From Candidatus Latescibacterota bacterium (lineage in GTDB: Bacteria; Latescibacterota; UBA2968; UBA8231), in contig CBDAOB010000003.1 of NCBI GenBank assembly GCA_965197905.1, positions 192,001-256,000 on the forward strand: DNA of 64,000 nt. Reading direction: 5' to 3'. Made by a program: the position numbers and the translations under genes. Positions 48,607 through 58,781 of the stretch are shown in pieces. The notes under the pieces were generated by a model. That model made no database searches. It had not been told where the DNA came from and saw only the letters and a program-made list of their open reading frames with translations. Position 1 is the first letter of the stretch. Each line of letters starts with the position of its first letter.

Positions 48607-50664
48607 GTGCGGGCGACGATCGGGTTTCACGGAGTACGGACGGCCGTACTGAGGTTGGAATCAAAGCGGCGGGGCGCAAATCGAGACCTACGCGTGCAAA
48701 GAGCCAAAAAACCTTTCGTGAGCGCCAGAACCTTTTTCTGTTTGCTCTTGGTCGCCGTTGGTTCTGGGATATACTCCAACAGCCTGGAGGGTCCATTCTT
48801 CTACGATGATATCGCTTCGATCGTAGAGAACAAGGCACTCAGACAGCTGTGGCCCCCCCTGTGGCTGACCAACATAGGGTCGCCGGAGAAAGGGCTGGAT
48901 GGCAGGCCGGTCGTCGGTTTTTCTTTCGCCATCAACTACGCCATCGGCGGCCTGAACGTGCGCGGCTACCACCTGGTGAACGTCGCCGTGCACATCCTCT
49001 GTGCCCTGGCTCTCTTCGCGCTTGTGCGACGAACGCTGTTAAGCGCAAAGTTACGTCTGCGGTTCGGAGCGGCGGCCGATGGCCTGGCCTTTTCCTGTGC
49101 GCTGCTGTGGATCGTCCACCCGCTACAGAGTCAATGCGTCAACCACATCGTGAGACGAGCCGAATCGCTCACCGGGTTGTTCTACCTGCTCGTGATCTAC
49201 TGCATTATCCGTACCGCCGAAAGCCACCGTCACAGGTGGTCTGTGGCGGCCGTACTGGCGTGTGGCCTGGGAATGGGCAGCAAGGAGGTAATGGTTACGG
49301 CCCCGCTGATGGGATTGCTCTACGATCGGGTGTTCTTGTCTTTTTCCTGGCGACAGCTCTCGACCCGATGGGGGTTGTTCGCGGGGCTGGCAGCGACATG
49401 GCTCATCCTGGCGGCGTTGATGTGGACCACTCCGCATGGACGTTCGATCGGTCTTTCAGGAGGGATAAGTTCCTGGGACTATGCGCTAAACCAGTGCTGG
49501 GTGATCGTAACCTACCTGCAACACGTTCTGTGGCCCTACAATCTGATCCTCGATTATGGCTTCCCGATCGTACCCTTGCCACTCGGCGAGGTAATGGCGT
49601 ACGCCGGAGTGGTAGTCGCGCTCTTGCTGCTCACGGCTGCTGCCTTGTGGTACCAACCTATGTTCGGTTTTCTCGGCGCCTGGTTTTTTGTCATTCTGGC
49701 GCCGACTTCTAGTTTCGTGCCCATTGTCAACGAGGTAGGTGCTGAACGCCGCATGTATCTGCCTCTGGCCGGATTGGTCGTGCTCTCAGTCGTGGTGGTA
49801 TATCTTGCCCTGCAGTGGATGGCAAAACAGCGGCGACGGACCCAATATTCTATGGCTGCCCGGATCGGCGTTGTATTGGTTGTGGCGCTTGCTATAGTGT
49901 GGAGTGTTGGAACCATTCGGCGCAATCGCGACTACCGCAGTAGTCTTGCCATCTGGCAGACCGTGGTGGAAAGAGCGCCGCGCAATCCTCGCGGCTACGA
50001 CGGCGTGGGCAGAGCGCTGGGGCTTGAGGGTCGTACAGACGAAGCAATGACGTATTATAGGCGAGCCATAGAGGTCGATTCCGATTATGCCGATGCACAC
50101 TATAATCTTGCAATCTTGCTGCAGACAAAAGGTAACACCGACGAAGCGATACATCACTACCGGAGCGCCCTGTCACTTGATCCACACTTTGTCGAAGTGC
50201 ACAACAATCTGGGCAACGCGCTAAGATCGAAGGGCAACATAGAAGAGGCGACGGCGCACTATCGAAAGGCCATAGAATTCGATCCCAACTACACAGAAGC
50301 GTACAACAATCTGGCCAGTGCGCTAAAGACGCAGGGCCGGGAGGATGAAGCAACGGTGTATTACCGGCGGTCCATCCAAATCGATCCCAATTTTTTCGAA
50401 GCTCATTACAATCTTGCTACGTTACTGCACACAGAAGGGAAATTGGACGAAGCGATAGCGAACTACCGCGGAGCGCTGCGCCTGAAACCCGATTTCGCAA
50501 AGGCGTACAACAATCTGGGCAGTGCACTCGGATCTCAAGGAGATATACAAGAGGCAATAGAACATTACCGTAGAGCGATAGAGCTTGAACCCAATTTTGT
50601 CGAGGCGCGCCAGAATTTAGATACGGTCTTAAGGCTGCAAGAACAACAGCAGGAGCAAGAGTGA
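48607..50664 (+). CDS. TMTC-like (protein O-mannosyltransferase-like) membrane protein with TPRs
   Basis: FFYDD, RPV, YHLVNVAVH, HPL, SKE, AERRMYLP, then about 7 TPRs. Confidence 0.85.
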   Translation: MRATIGFHGVRTAVLRLESKRRGANRDLRVQRAKKPFVSARTFFCLLLVAVGSGIYSNSLEGPFFYDDIASIVENKALRQLWPPLWLTNIGSPEKGLDGRPVVGFSFAINYAIGGLNVRGYHLVNVAVHILCALALFALVRRTLLSAKLRLRFGAAADGLAFSCALLWIVHPLQSQCVNHIVRRAESLTGLFYLLVIYCIIRTAESHRHRWSVAAVLACGLGMGSKEVMVTAPLMGLLYDRVFLSFSWRQLSTRWGLFAGLAATWLILAALMWTTPHGRSIGLSGGISSWDYALNQCWVIVTYLQHVLWPYNLILDYGFPIVPLPLGEVMAYAGVVVALLLLTAAALWYQPMFGFLGAWFFVILAPTSSFVPIVNEVGAERRMYLPLAGLVVLSVVVVYLALQWMAKQRRRTQYSMAARIGVVLVVALAIVWSVGTIRRNRDYRSSLAIWQTVVERAPRNPRGYDGVGRALGLEGRTDEAMTYYRRAIEVDSDYADAHYNLAILLQTKGNTDEAIHHYRSALSLDPHFVEVHNNLGNALRSKGNIEEATAHYRKAIEFDPNYTEAYNNLASALKTQGREDEATVYYRRSIQIDPNFFEAHYNLATLLHTEGKLDEAIANYRGALRLKPDFAKAYNNLGSALGSQGDIQEAIEHYRRAIELEPNFVEARQNLDTVLRLQEQQQEQE

Positions 50665-50766
50665 TGCGAGGTGGTCGGGAGTCCGTCGACGCTTTCCCGC
50701 CTCTTTCCGCGGGTCTCGGTACTCTTTTAGCTTTCTGAGCGATCAGTAGGTACCAAGGAGGAGCGA

Positions 50767-51258
50767 ATGCCGTCGTTTGACGTGGTAAATCAAGTCGATA
50801 TGCAGGAAATCAGCAACGCGGTCAACAACGCCAGGAAGGAGCTGGCGCAGCGATGGGATTTCAAGGGGTCGAATTCGGAGATCGAGTTGAGTGCGAAGAC
50901 GAATCAGATCATCCTGCGGACGGAGGATGAGATGAAGATGCAGGCGCTGCGTGAGCTTCTGCTAACGCACTCCGTACGTCGTAAGGTCGAAACGGAATGT
51001 CTGGAATTCAAAGAGGTAGAAATGGCGGGAGGCAAGATGCTCCGCCGTGAAGTCGAAATCCATCAGGGGATCGATCGCGACATCGCGCGACAGATCGTCA
51101 AGGATGTGAAAGACACGAAGATAAAGGTGCAGGTGGCGATTCAAGGGGAGGAGCTACGTGTCTCGGGGAAGAAGCGGGATGACCTTCAGACGGTGATTTC
51201 ACTGCTGAAGTCTGGCGAGTACAAGATCCCGTTGCAGTTTGTGAACATGAGAGACTGA
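50767..51258 (+). CDS. yajQ: YajQ family cyclic di-GMP/nucleotide-binding protein
   Basis: MPSFDVV, RWDFKGS, RVSGKKRDDLQ, PLQFVN.RD. Confidence 0.96.
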   Translation: MPSFDVVNQVDMQEISNAVNNARKELAQRWDFKGSNSEIELSAKTNQIILRTEDEMKMQALRELLLTHSVRRKVETECLEFKEVEMAGGKMLRREVEIHQGIDRDIARQIVKDVKDTKIKVQVAIQGEELRVSGKKRDDLQTVISLLKSGEYKIPLQFVNMRD

Positions 51259-51332
51259 GTGCGCGCCGACGATCCTTCAGTAACGGAATCAGTTCGCTCG
51301 TTGTCCCTGGTATTTGCGCGTCAATCACGCCA

Positions 51333-51992
51333 TCAAATCTCTTCGAGTGCGATTGCACGGGTCCACGAAGCGGTCACGCGCCGCAGCTTGGTTGGCAGCG
51401 CGATGAAGAAAACGCGCTCGTTGGTGATCTGGTTCAGGCCGTCGACGCCGTCGACCAAAGGTATACCGGACAGGAGCAGGCGGGCATCGCCGCTTCCAGG
51501 TCCAAAGGGTGTGCCGGGAGGCGCGAAGCGGAGGTTCTCCATCGCCATGAGTTTGATCCGGGTTTCCAGCAGCCAGTCCATCGCTTCCACCGAAACGTAC
51601 GGTTTGCCGTCGGCGTACTCCGCATTTCCCCATGCAAGAACGATGTCGCCGGTTTCGACGCCAGCCTTGCGAAAGTCCGCGGCCGTCAACGGCTCGCCAG
51701 CTTCCTTGTGCTCGAAGTTGCAGGCCGCCGCCTCGCCCAGATAAGAGTCCAGCGGCATGGTCGTTACATCCGCTCCACCATCTTCGTACTTGGAGGTGGA
51801 TTCCGCGTGAGTACCACAATGAGTGTGGCCCTGTAAAAAATGCATGCGGGCACCGTAGGCAATGAACTCCTGAACTTCCGTGGGCCGTCCCGACTTGGGT
51901 TCGCCGTGCAAATAGCGGCCGTCTATCTTGCGCTCTCCGGGCACGACTTCACGCGACAGATCAATTATCCGGTATTTGCTCAGATCGATCAT
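51333..51992 (-). CDS. cyclase family (kynurenine formamidase-like) protein
   Basis: IIDLS, HCGTHAES, TRAIA. Confidence 0.8.
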   Translation of the reverse strand: MIDLSKYRIIDLSREVVPGERKIDGRYLHGEPKSGRPTEVQEFIAYGARMHFLQGHTHCGTHAESTSKYEDGGADVTTMPLDSYLGEAAACNFEHKEAGEPLTAADFRKAGVETGDIVLAWGNAEYADGKPYVSVEAMDWLLETRIKLMAMENLRFAPPGTPFGPGSGDARLLLSGIPLVDGVDGLNQITNERVFFIALPTKLRRVTASWTRAIALEEI

Positions 51993-52204
51993 CTATCTAC
52001 TCCCTTCAATTCGAGCACATCCTGACTTCTCGCGCCGGTCTGAACCGGCCATTGGAATCTCCTCCACGGTTTCCTTGTATTATTGTGCCGGTGCGATAAT
52101 ATGTGCAATAATTCAAAGAAGCGTTTTTCCATGTCCTCCGGTCCGTTGCCAGTTCTGATGGTGAAGGCACCTGGAGGCGTCAGGGACCTACGAAAGGAGA
52201 GTTC

Positions 52205-53053
52205 GTGAAAGAAACCAGCCTGAAAGCAGGGGACGTAGAGCAACTGGCCACCGGATTCGGTTTCGTCGAAGGGCCGGTGTGGCACCAGCACGGCTACTGG
52301 CTGTTCAGCGACATACCCTCCAACCGCATCCACAGGATTTCTCCCGAAGGCACGGTCGAGATCTACCGCGAGCCTTCAGGCAACAGCAACGGTCTCACGA
52401 TCAACCGTGCGGGACGGTTGCTGGCCTGTGAGCACGGCAACAGAAGGGTTTCGATTTCCGACATCGGCGGCACCGAGGAGGTTCTCGTCGATTCCTACGA
52501 GGGCAAGCGACTGAACAGTCCCAACGATGTGGTGACCCATTCCGGTGGGGCTGTCTACTTCACCGATCCTCCGTACGGTATCAAACCCCCCGAGCAAATG
52601 GAGCAGGATCATTCCGGTGTTTACCGGGTGGATGCCGAGGGAGAGATTCAACTGCTCGTCGCCGACTTCGAGAAGCCCAACGGTCTGGCCTTCTCGCCTG
52701 ACGAGTCGGTGCTGTATATCGACGACTCGCACCATCAGCACATACGGTCGTTCGATGTTGCGAACGACGGCTCCCTGCGCAACGGTCGTGTCTTCGCCGA
52801 CCTGGCCCACGAGAGCGCCGGAGTGCCCGATGGTATGAAGGTCGACCAGGATGGCAACGTCTACGCCACCAATTCGCTGGGCATATGGGTCCACGACAGT
52901 CAGGGGGATTTTCTCGGCCTGATCACCGTTCCGGAGGTGCCGGCCAACTGCGCCTGGGGAGAAGACGGGCAGACTCTGTTCATCACTGCCCGAACCTCGG
53001 TATACCGCGTGCGTATGAACGTGCCCGGGGTGAAGGTGGTCCACGAAACCTGA
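52205..53053 (+). CDS. SMP-30/gluconolactonase family protein
   Basis: EGPVW, NSPND, PNGLAFSPD, PDGMKVD. Confidence 0.92.
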   Translation: MKETSLKAGDVEQLATGFGFVEGPVWHQHGYWLFSDIPSNRIHRISPEGTVEIYREPSGNSNGLTINRAGRLLACEHGNRRVSISDIGGTEEVLVDSYEGKRLNSPNDVVTHSGGAVYFTDPPYGIKPPEQMEQDHSGVYRVDAEGEIQLLVADFEKPNGLAFSPDESVLYIDDSHHQHIRSFDVANDGSLRNGRVFADLAHESAGVPDGMKVDQDGNVYATNSLGIWVHDSQGDFLGLITVPEVPANCAWGEDGQTLFITARTSVYRVRMNVPGVKVVHET

Positions 53054-53130
53054 CAGGTCGACAACAACCACGCCCTCTTGCCTGTCAATGCGGATACTCA
53101 AACAAGCTCCATAGAAGTTCACTCAACGGG

Positions 53131-55041
53131 GTGCATTCCATCGAAACCGCAGACTCCTCCTTCGAGCTAGACGCCGGGCTCGCACAGTTCGGGTTCGACG
53201 ACTTCCGTGCCGGCCAGCGCGAAGCGATCGGCATCCTGCTGTCCGCCGGGCGGCTGCTGCTGGTGGCACCCACCGGCGGCGGCAAGAGCCTCACCTATCA
53301 GCTGCCGGCGGCCTTGCTGCCCGGTACGACACTGGTAGTTTCGCCGCTCATCGCATTGATGCACGATCAGGTGCTGGCGCTCGAACAACACGGCGTGCCC
53401 GCTACCTATCTGGCAGGCACGCTCGATGCCGATGAGATGCGACGTCGCGTGGGGGAAGCATCGCGGGGAGCTTACAAGCTTGTATACGTGGCGCCCGAGC
53501 GGCTCTCCTTCCCGGGCTTCCGCAATCTTGTCGGGCGAATCGACTGCCCGCTGGTGGCGGTGGACGAAGCCCACTGCATCAGTGAATGGGGTCACGATTT
53601 TCGCCCGGACTACATGCGGATCGGAGACCTGCTGGCCGACCTCCCCGAAGCGCGGGTGCTGGCATGCACCGCGACGGCGACACCGATCGTACGGGACGAG
53701 ATCATTGAAAGACTCGGCCTGCCGGCAGACACACCCCAACTGGTTCGAGGATTCGCGCGCCCCAACCTGGCGCTGCGGGCTAGGGACATCCAGGGAAAGG
53801 GCGACGCTACGAGTCACGTCGACAGCCTGCTGCGGGAATGTCTGGGCGCGCCGGGGGTTGGCCGAGGTACGGCGATCGCCTATAGCCCGACGCGGAAGCG
53901 GACGGAAGAAGAGGCGCAACGATTGGTGCAGGCCGGTTGGCGGGCACAGGCGTATCACGCCGGGATGGAAGGGGATGAACGCGACCGCGTGCAGACGGCG
54001 TTCGCCAATGGCGAGCTCGAAATCGTCGTCGCCACCAATGCGTTCGGCATGGGGATCGACCGCAGCGACGTCCGCTGCATCGCTCACCTGGCGCCGCCTA
54101 GCTCGGTAGAGGCCTACTACCAGGAAGCCGGCCGCGCCGGCCGCGACGGTGAGGATGCTGTATGCCTGTTGCTGGTGTCGCCGGGAGATATGGCGCTGCG
54201 TCGTCACCTCATCGAGAGCGACGACGGCGGCGTTCGCGACGAACAGATCGTGTCTCACAAGTGGAATATGTTCCTGGAGCTGATGCGATGGGCCGAAGGT
54301 GGAAGCTGTCGCCACGACGCGATCCTGCGGTATTTCGGCGACGAGGAAGAGACGCTGTCGGGATGTGGCAAGTGCGATGTCTGCACCGACATGCATGGCG
54401 ATCGGGATAACGAGGAAGAGGTCAGCACGATCGTGAGAAAGGCGCTGTGCGGTGTAGCCCGGGTGCACGGACGATTCGGAATTCAGTTGGCGGCGAAACT
54501 GCTGAAGGGCGTTGACGATGATCGACTGGATTGGTCGCAGCTCAACAAGACATCGACGTTCGGGACGCTGGCCGAGTACAGCGAAGACTGGCTGCTCAAA
54601 CTACTGCGACGATGTGTCACCGCGGGATGGGTCGACTTCAGCGGCGGGCAGCGTCCGGTGGTGGTGGTTACCGAGGAAGGCGAGGATGTGATCCACGAGC
54701 GGCGACCGGCACGTTTGCTCCTGCCGGTTCAACGGGCCCAGGTTCCGTCGACCGCACCGCGGCGCCGTCGCGGCGGCGGATCGAGGACCAAGGCGGAGGA
54801 TTCCGCGCTCGACGCCGAGGGGGTGAAGCTCTTCGAGGCGCTGCGCGCGTGGCGGCTGGCGACGGCACGAATCGAAAAAGTGCCGCCGTATGTCGTTGCC
54901 AGCGATCGCTCTCTTAGAGAGATTGCAGTCCTTCGTCCGCGCCCGCTAAGGGAGGACGAGCTGACGACTGCTCACGGGATCGGTCCGGCGAAGGCGGCCA
55001 AGTATGGACAGGCGATTATCGAGGTGCTCGGTGCACATTAA
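53131..55041 (+). CDS. recQ: RecQ family DNA helicase (RQC + HRDC)
   Basis: PTGGGKS, DEAHCISEWGHDFRP, AFGMGID, YYQEAGRAGRDG, Zn cysteines, HRDC; start estimated. Confidence 0.92.
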   Translation: MHSIETADSSFELDAGLAQFGFDDFRAGQREAIGILLSAGRLLLVAPTGGGKSLTYQLPAALLPGTTLVVSPLIALMHDQVLALEQHGVPATYLAGTLDADEMRRRVGEASRGAYKLVYVAPERLSFPGFRNLVGRIDCPLVAVDEAHCISEWGHDFRPDYMRIGDLLADLPEARVLACTATATPIVRDEIIERLGLPADTPQLVRGFARPNLALRARDIQGKGDATSHVDSLLRECLGAPGVGRGTAIAYSPTRKRTEEEAQRLVQAGWRAQAYHAGMEGDERDRVQTAFANGELEIVVATNAFGMGIDRSDVRCIAHLAPPSSVEAYYQEAGRAGRDGEDAVCLLLVSPGDMALRRHLIESDDGGVRDEQIVSHKWNMFLELMRWAEGGSCRHDAILRYFGDEEETLSGCGKCDVCTDMHGDRDNEEEVSTIVRKALCGVARVHGRFGIQLAAKLLKGVDDDRLDWSQLNKTSTFGTLAEYSEDWLLKLLRRCVTAGWVDFSGGQRPVVVVTEEGEDVIHERRPARLLLPVQRAQVPSTAPRRRRGGGSRTKAEDSALDAEGVKLFEALRAWRLATARIEKVPPYVVASDRSLREIAVLRPRPLREDELTTAHGIGPAKAAKYGQAIIEVLGAH

Positions 55042-55103
55042 CAGCAGCATTTTCCGTAAACTCGGTGTATGGCAAATGAAAAACCCAATCCAGTAGGGGA
55101 ACA

Positions 55104-56102
55104 ATGAACCACATAGATGCACAACAAGACGAGCTACTCCAGAGCGCCGCTCTTGCTGCAGATAAGGGCAACGTCGATGAGCTCGATCGCATTCTGGAAG
55201 AAGCTCCCCAAGTTCTGCAAGCGCGCGACTCCGAGGGCAAGACCTTGCTCATCCTGGCATGCCAGGCAGCTACCGGGAACCTAGCCCTGCCACCCGTGCC
55301 CGGACGACGCGAGCAACATGCCGCCGTTGACCGGATCCTGACTGCTGGCGCGGACCCCTCCATGAGTGACCACGGCGGCTTCGCCCCTCTCCATGCCGCC
55401 ACGATGACCGGCAATCTGGATCTCGCCCGGCGTCTGCTCGACGCAGGTGCTCCTCGAGAGGGTCGGCTGATGGGTGCCGAGGGAGGATCGCCACTCGCTC
55501 TTGCCCTGTTCTACGCCAAGAATGAGATGGCGCAGATGCTCGCCGATCCGCCCGTTCCCGACAATCTGCGAACCGCTACCGCGCTGGGTAGAAACCTCGA
55601 CCGTTTCGTCGACGGAGATCACCTCTCGCCGCAGGCGCCGGAGGGTGTGGACTTCTATCGCCTCCTCCCCATCTTTCCCGAATGGAACCGCACCAACAGC
55701 CGCCAGGAGCTTCTCGATGAGGCGCTAACGTGGTCGGCGCGCAACGACCAGTGCGAGTCGATGGCGATCCTCGTCGAGATGGGGGCCGACGTCAACGCGA
55801 ACCCGTACCGCGGCACGCCGCTTCTGTGGGCGGTGTACGACGACCGAGTCACGGCGGCTATCTGGTTGTTAGATCACGGTGCAGATCCCGATCTGCGTCA
55901 CGACTTCGGCGGCGCCGAGCACGGCAAGAGTGCGGTTGCGATGCACCTGGCCGCTCAGTTCGGTTCGCTCAAGTGCCTCCGGTTACTCCTCGACCGCGGG
56001 GCTGATCCCAGTATCAAGGATGCCGCATTCGGAGGCACACCACTGGGCTGGTCACAACACTCCGGCATGGAAACCTCCATTGCGATGCTGACTCGTCAGT
56101 AA
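55104..56102 (+). CDS. ankyrin-repeat protein
   Basis: GFAPLHAA, GTPLLWA, LLDRGADP repeats. Confidence 0.88.
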   Translation: MNHIDAQQDELLQSAALAADKGNVDELDRILEEAPQVLQARDSEGKTLLILACQAATGNLALPPVPGRREQHAAVDRILTAGADPSMSDHGGFAPLHAATMTGNLDLARRLLDAGAPREGRLMGAEGGSPLALALFYAKNEMAQMLADPPVPDNLRTATALGRNLDRFVDGDHLSPQAPEGVDFYRLLPIFPEWNRTNSRQELLDEALTWSARNDQCESMAILVEMGADVNANPYRGTPLLWAVYDDRVTAAIWLLDHGADPDLRHDFGGAEHGKSAVAMHLAAQFGSLKCLRLLLDRGADPSIKDAAFGGTPLGWSQHSGMETSIAMLTRQ

Positions 56103-56108
56103 GAGGAA

Positions 56109-56825
56109 ATGACCGACGACGAACGGGAATTCTTCCTGGAAAACGGCTACCTCCACGTCCGAAACGTGCTCGATAGCCCGCTGCTCTCCAGGATTCAGGA
56201 CGAGTTCGAGCAGATCTGGGCGGTTGAAGGCAGGTCGAACCAACTGGTGCTGCTCAAATACCGGACCTTCATTGACCTCATCGAGCACCCGCCGGTGCTC
56301 GAACGTCAGGCGGCCATCTTCGGGCGCCAGACACAGCTTCTGCAGTACGACTTTCTGCGGCAGGAACCCGGTTCGACCGCGGCGGAGCGCGCCTGGCATC
56401 GCGATTTCAGCTTTCCCGGAGAGCGGCCGCTGTCGATCAACACGATTGTTTATCTCGACCGCATGGATGAAGCCAGCGGGCCGACGTATGTCGTTCCGTG
56501 TTCGCATCGGGGCGTCGAGCTGCCGCCGGCCGAGGACAAGAACAAACCGCTGCCAGGCGAGGTGCCCGTCTACGCCGACGCCGGTGATGCCGTGTTTATC
56601 AACGGGGCGGTCTGGCATTCGGGTAGCCGCAATCAGTCGCAGGGTTTGCGTCGGGGTATCTACATGTACTACGGATACTGGTGGTTGAAGCGTTACGAAT
56701 CCGGCTTCACCCTGCCGACGGAATGTCTCGAGGGGGCGACAGAGGCGCGGCTGCGTTTGTTGGGATACAGAATGCCGGATCACGACGTGCATATGTACGA
56801 CCCGACGCGGCCGTTCGGTTGGTAA
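56109..56825 (+). CDS. PhyH family dioxygenase
   Basis: WHRD, PCSH, WHSGSRN...RR. Confidence 0.88.
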   Translation: MTDDEREFFLENGYLHVRNVLDSPLLSRIQDEFEQIWAVEGRSNQLVLLKYRTFIDLIEHPPVLERQAAIFGRQTQLLQYDFLRQEPGSTAAERAWHRDFSFPGERPLSINTIVYLDRMDEASGPTYVVPCSHRGVELPPAEDKNKPLPGEVPVYADAGDAVFINGAVWHSGSRNQSQGLRRGIYMYYGYWWLKRYESGFTLPTECLEGATEARLRLLGYRMPDHDVHMYDPTRPFGW

Positions 56826-56888
56826 CCCACCTACAGAGACCGAGAAGATACGCCGCCTGAACTGGCGCCAGGCAGCGCTCGAGGACGG

Positions 56889-58208
56889 TTACGGGCCGTA
56901 GACCAGACCCGGAAGCCAGAGGGCGACCTGGGGATTCAGTAGGACGATCGCCAGTCCGACCAACTGCAGGATGATGAACGGCCAGAGCCCGGCGAAGATA
57001 TCCATCAGGCTGATATCGGGCGGGGCCACTCCCTTCAAGTAGAAAGCGGCCGGACCGAATGGCGGCGACAGGTAGGAGACCTGCATGTTCATACAAAAAA
57101 GCACCCCGAACCAAACCGGGTCGTACCCCAAGCTGACGATGACCGGCACGAAGATGGGCACGGTGAGGAGCAGGATGCCAACCCAGTCCATGAACAACCC
57201 CATGACGACGAGGATGCCCATCATGATTAGAATAACGCCGATCGGATCCATCTCGAGGCCCATGACGACGGACTTCACGAACATCGTCCCGCCCATCAGG
57301 TTGTAAACGCCGATCAACGCGGTGGCGCCGAAGGTCAGCCACAACAGCATGCCGCAGGTGTTCATCGTCTGCAGCGCCGATTCGCGCACCACCTTCCACT
57401 TGAGCTCCTTACGCACCAGGGCGGCGATTAACGTGCCGACGACGCCCATGCCGGCCGCCTCGCTGACGGAGGCGATGCCACCGTAGATGCTGCCCAGCAC
57501 CCACGCGGCCACGGTTAGCGGCAGGATGAGATCCTTGAACAGGGCGAGCTTCTGCACAAACGGTATCTGCCGTTCTTCCAGAGGGGCTGGTGGTCCCAAC
57601 ACCGGATTGATGCCGCAGCGCACCAGGATATAGCTGAGGTAGAGAGTTGCCAGCAGGAAGCCGGGGAGAATGGTGGCGACGAAGAGGTCGCCGATCGGCA
57701 CATTGGCGGTGAGGCCGTAGATGATGAGCACGATGCTGGGAGGGATCATCGTGCCCAGTGAGCCGCCCGCGCAAATCGTGCCTACAGCCAGGTTCTTGTT
57801 GTACCCCAGGCGCAGCATCTGAGGCAGGGCGATCATTCCGAGCAGGACGATCTCACCGCCGATGATACCGGTCATAGCGGCCATGATCATCGCCGCTATC
57901 AAGGTCTGCAGCGCCAGACCGCCGCGCAATCCACCCCCCCACACATGCATTGCCCGGTAGAGATCGCGGGCCACCCCGGTGCGCTCCATCAGCGACGCCA
58001 TCAAGATGAACATGGGCACGGCCACCAGCACGTATTCGCTCATGAAGCTGTAGACCCGGCTGCCGATCAGGCCGAGAACGACCGGACCGAATTTCCACAG
58101 ACCCACAGTGACGGCGACGGCGCCCGTTACGAAAGCCAGCGGCAAACCCATCACCAGCAGGATGGCGATGGCAAGAACGATGAGGAGGGTGAGGAGACCG
58201 ATATCCAC
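56889..58208 (-). CDS. dctM: TRAP transporter large permease
   Basis: GSLGTMIPPSI, SPPFG, DPVWFGV. Confidence 0.93.
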   Translation of the reverse strand: MDIGLLTLLIVLAIAILLVMGLPLAFVTGAVAVTVGLWKFGPVVLGLIGSRVYSFMSEYVLVAVPMFILMASLMERTGVARDLYRAMHVWGGGLRGGLALQTLIAAMIMAAMTGIIGGEIVLLGMIALPQMLRLGYNKNLAVGTICAGGSLGTMIPPSIVLIIYGLTANVPIGDLFVATILPGFLLATLYLSYILVRCGINPVLGPPAPLEERQIPFVQKLALFKDLILPLTVAAWVLGSIYGGIASVSEAAGMGVVGTLIAALVRKELKWKVVRESALQTMNTCGMLLWLTFGATALIGVYNLMGGTMFVKSVVMGLEMDPIGVILIMMGILVVMGLFMDWVGILLLTVPIFVPVIVSLGYDPVWFGVLFCMNMQVSYLSPPFGPAAFYLKGVAPPDISLMDIFAGLWPFIILQLVGLAIVLLNPQVALWLPGLVYGP

Positions 58209-58226
58209 TATCTAATCAGACCCGAG

Positions 58227-58742
58227 TTATTCGCTGCGCCGCAACGTTCGACCAAGTTGGACGGCTCCCTGAAGGACCATCAAAACGACGCCAACGACGA
58301 GGAGCGACTTGAGGGTGACGGGAAGGGGCAGGTCAGAGGCGGTACCGGTGCGTTCCATCACCGAGATCGACTTGCCGGCCTGCAGCGCGGCGCCGTACCC
58401 CAGCGCGGTCAGGAAATAGAGCGCGACGATGGCATTGATGACGTTGAGCCGATGGCGCGTGCGCGGTGACACCGAGTCGATGACCAGGGTGATGCGGATA
58501 TGGTCGCGCCGTTGAAGGGTGTAGGAGCCGGCGATGATGAAACAAGCGGCTGTGAGGAAGATGCTGACCTCGTGAACCCAGGTCGTGGGTGCATTGAAGA
58601 AATAACGCAACACGACCTCGTAAACGGTAAGGGCGACGGCGAGCAGAAAGGCGTAACTCGTCTTCTCGCCCAACGTGCGGGTGACGGCGTCGACCCAGCC
58701 GCTTGGCGCCGGGTCCATATCGGACTCGTTCGGGGCAGCCAT
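58227..58742 (-). CDS. dctQ: TRAP transporter small permease
   Basis: YEVVLRYFFNAPTTW, HIRI; 4 TM segments. Confidence 0.9.
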   Translation of the reverse strand: MAAPNESDMDPAPSGWVDAVTRTLGEKTSYAFLLAVALTVYEVVLRYFFNAPTTWVHEVSIFLTAACFIIAGSYTLQRRDHIRITLVIDSVSPRTRHRLNVINAIVALYFLTALGYGAALQAGKSISVMERTGTASDLPLPVTLKSLLVVGVVLMVLQGAVQLGRTLRRSE

Positions 58743-58781
58743 TGACGATCTAAGTGGTAAAAGGGTAACCCGCGCCTGCGC

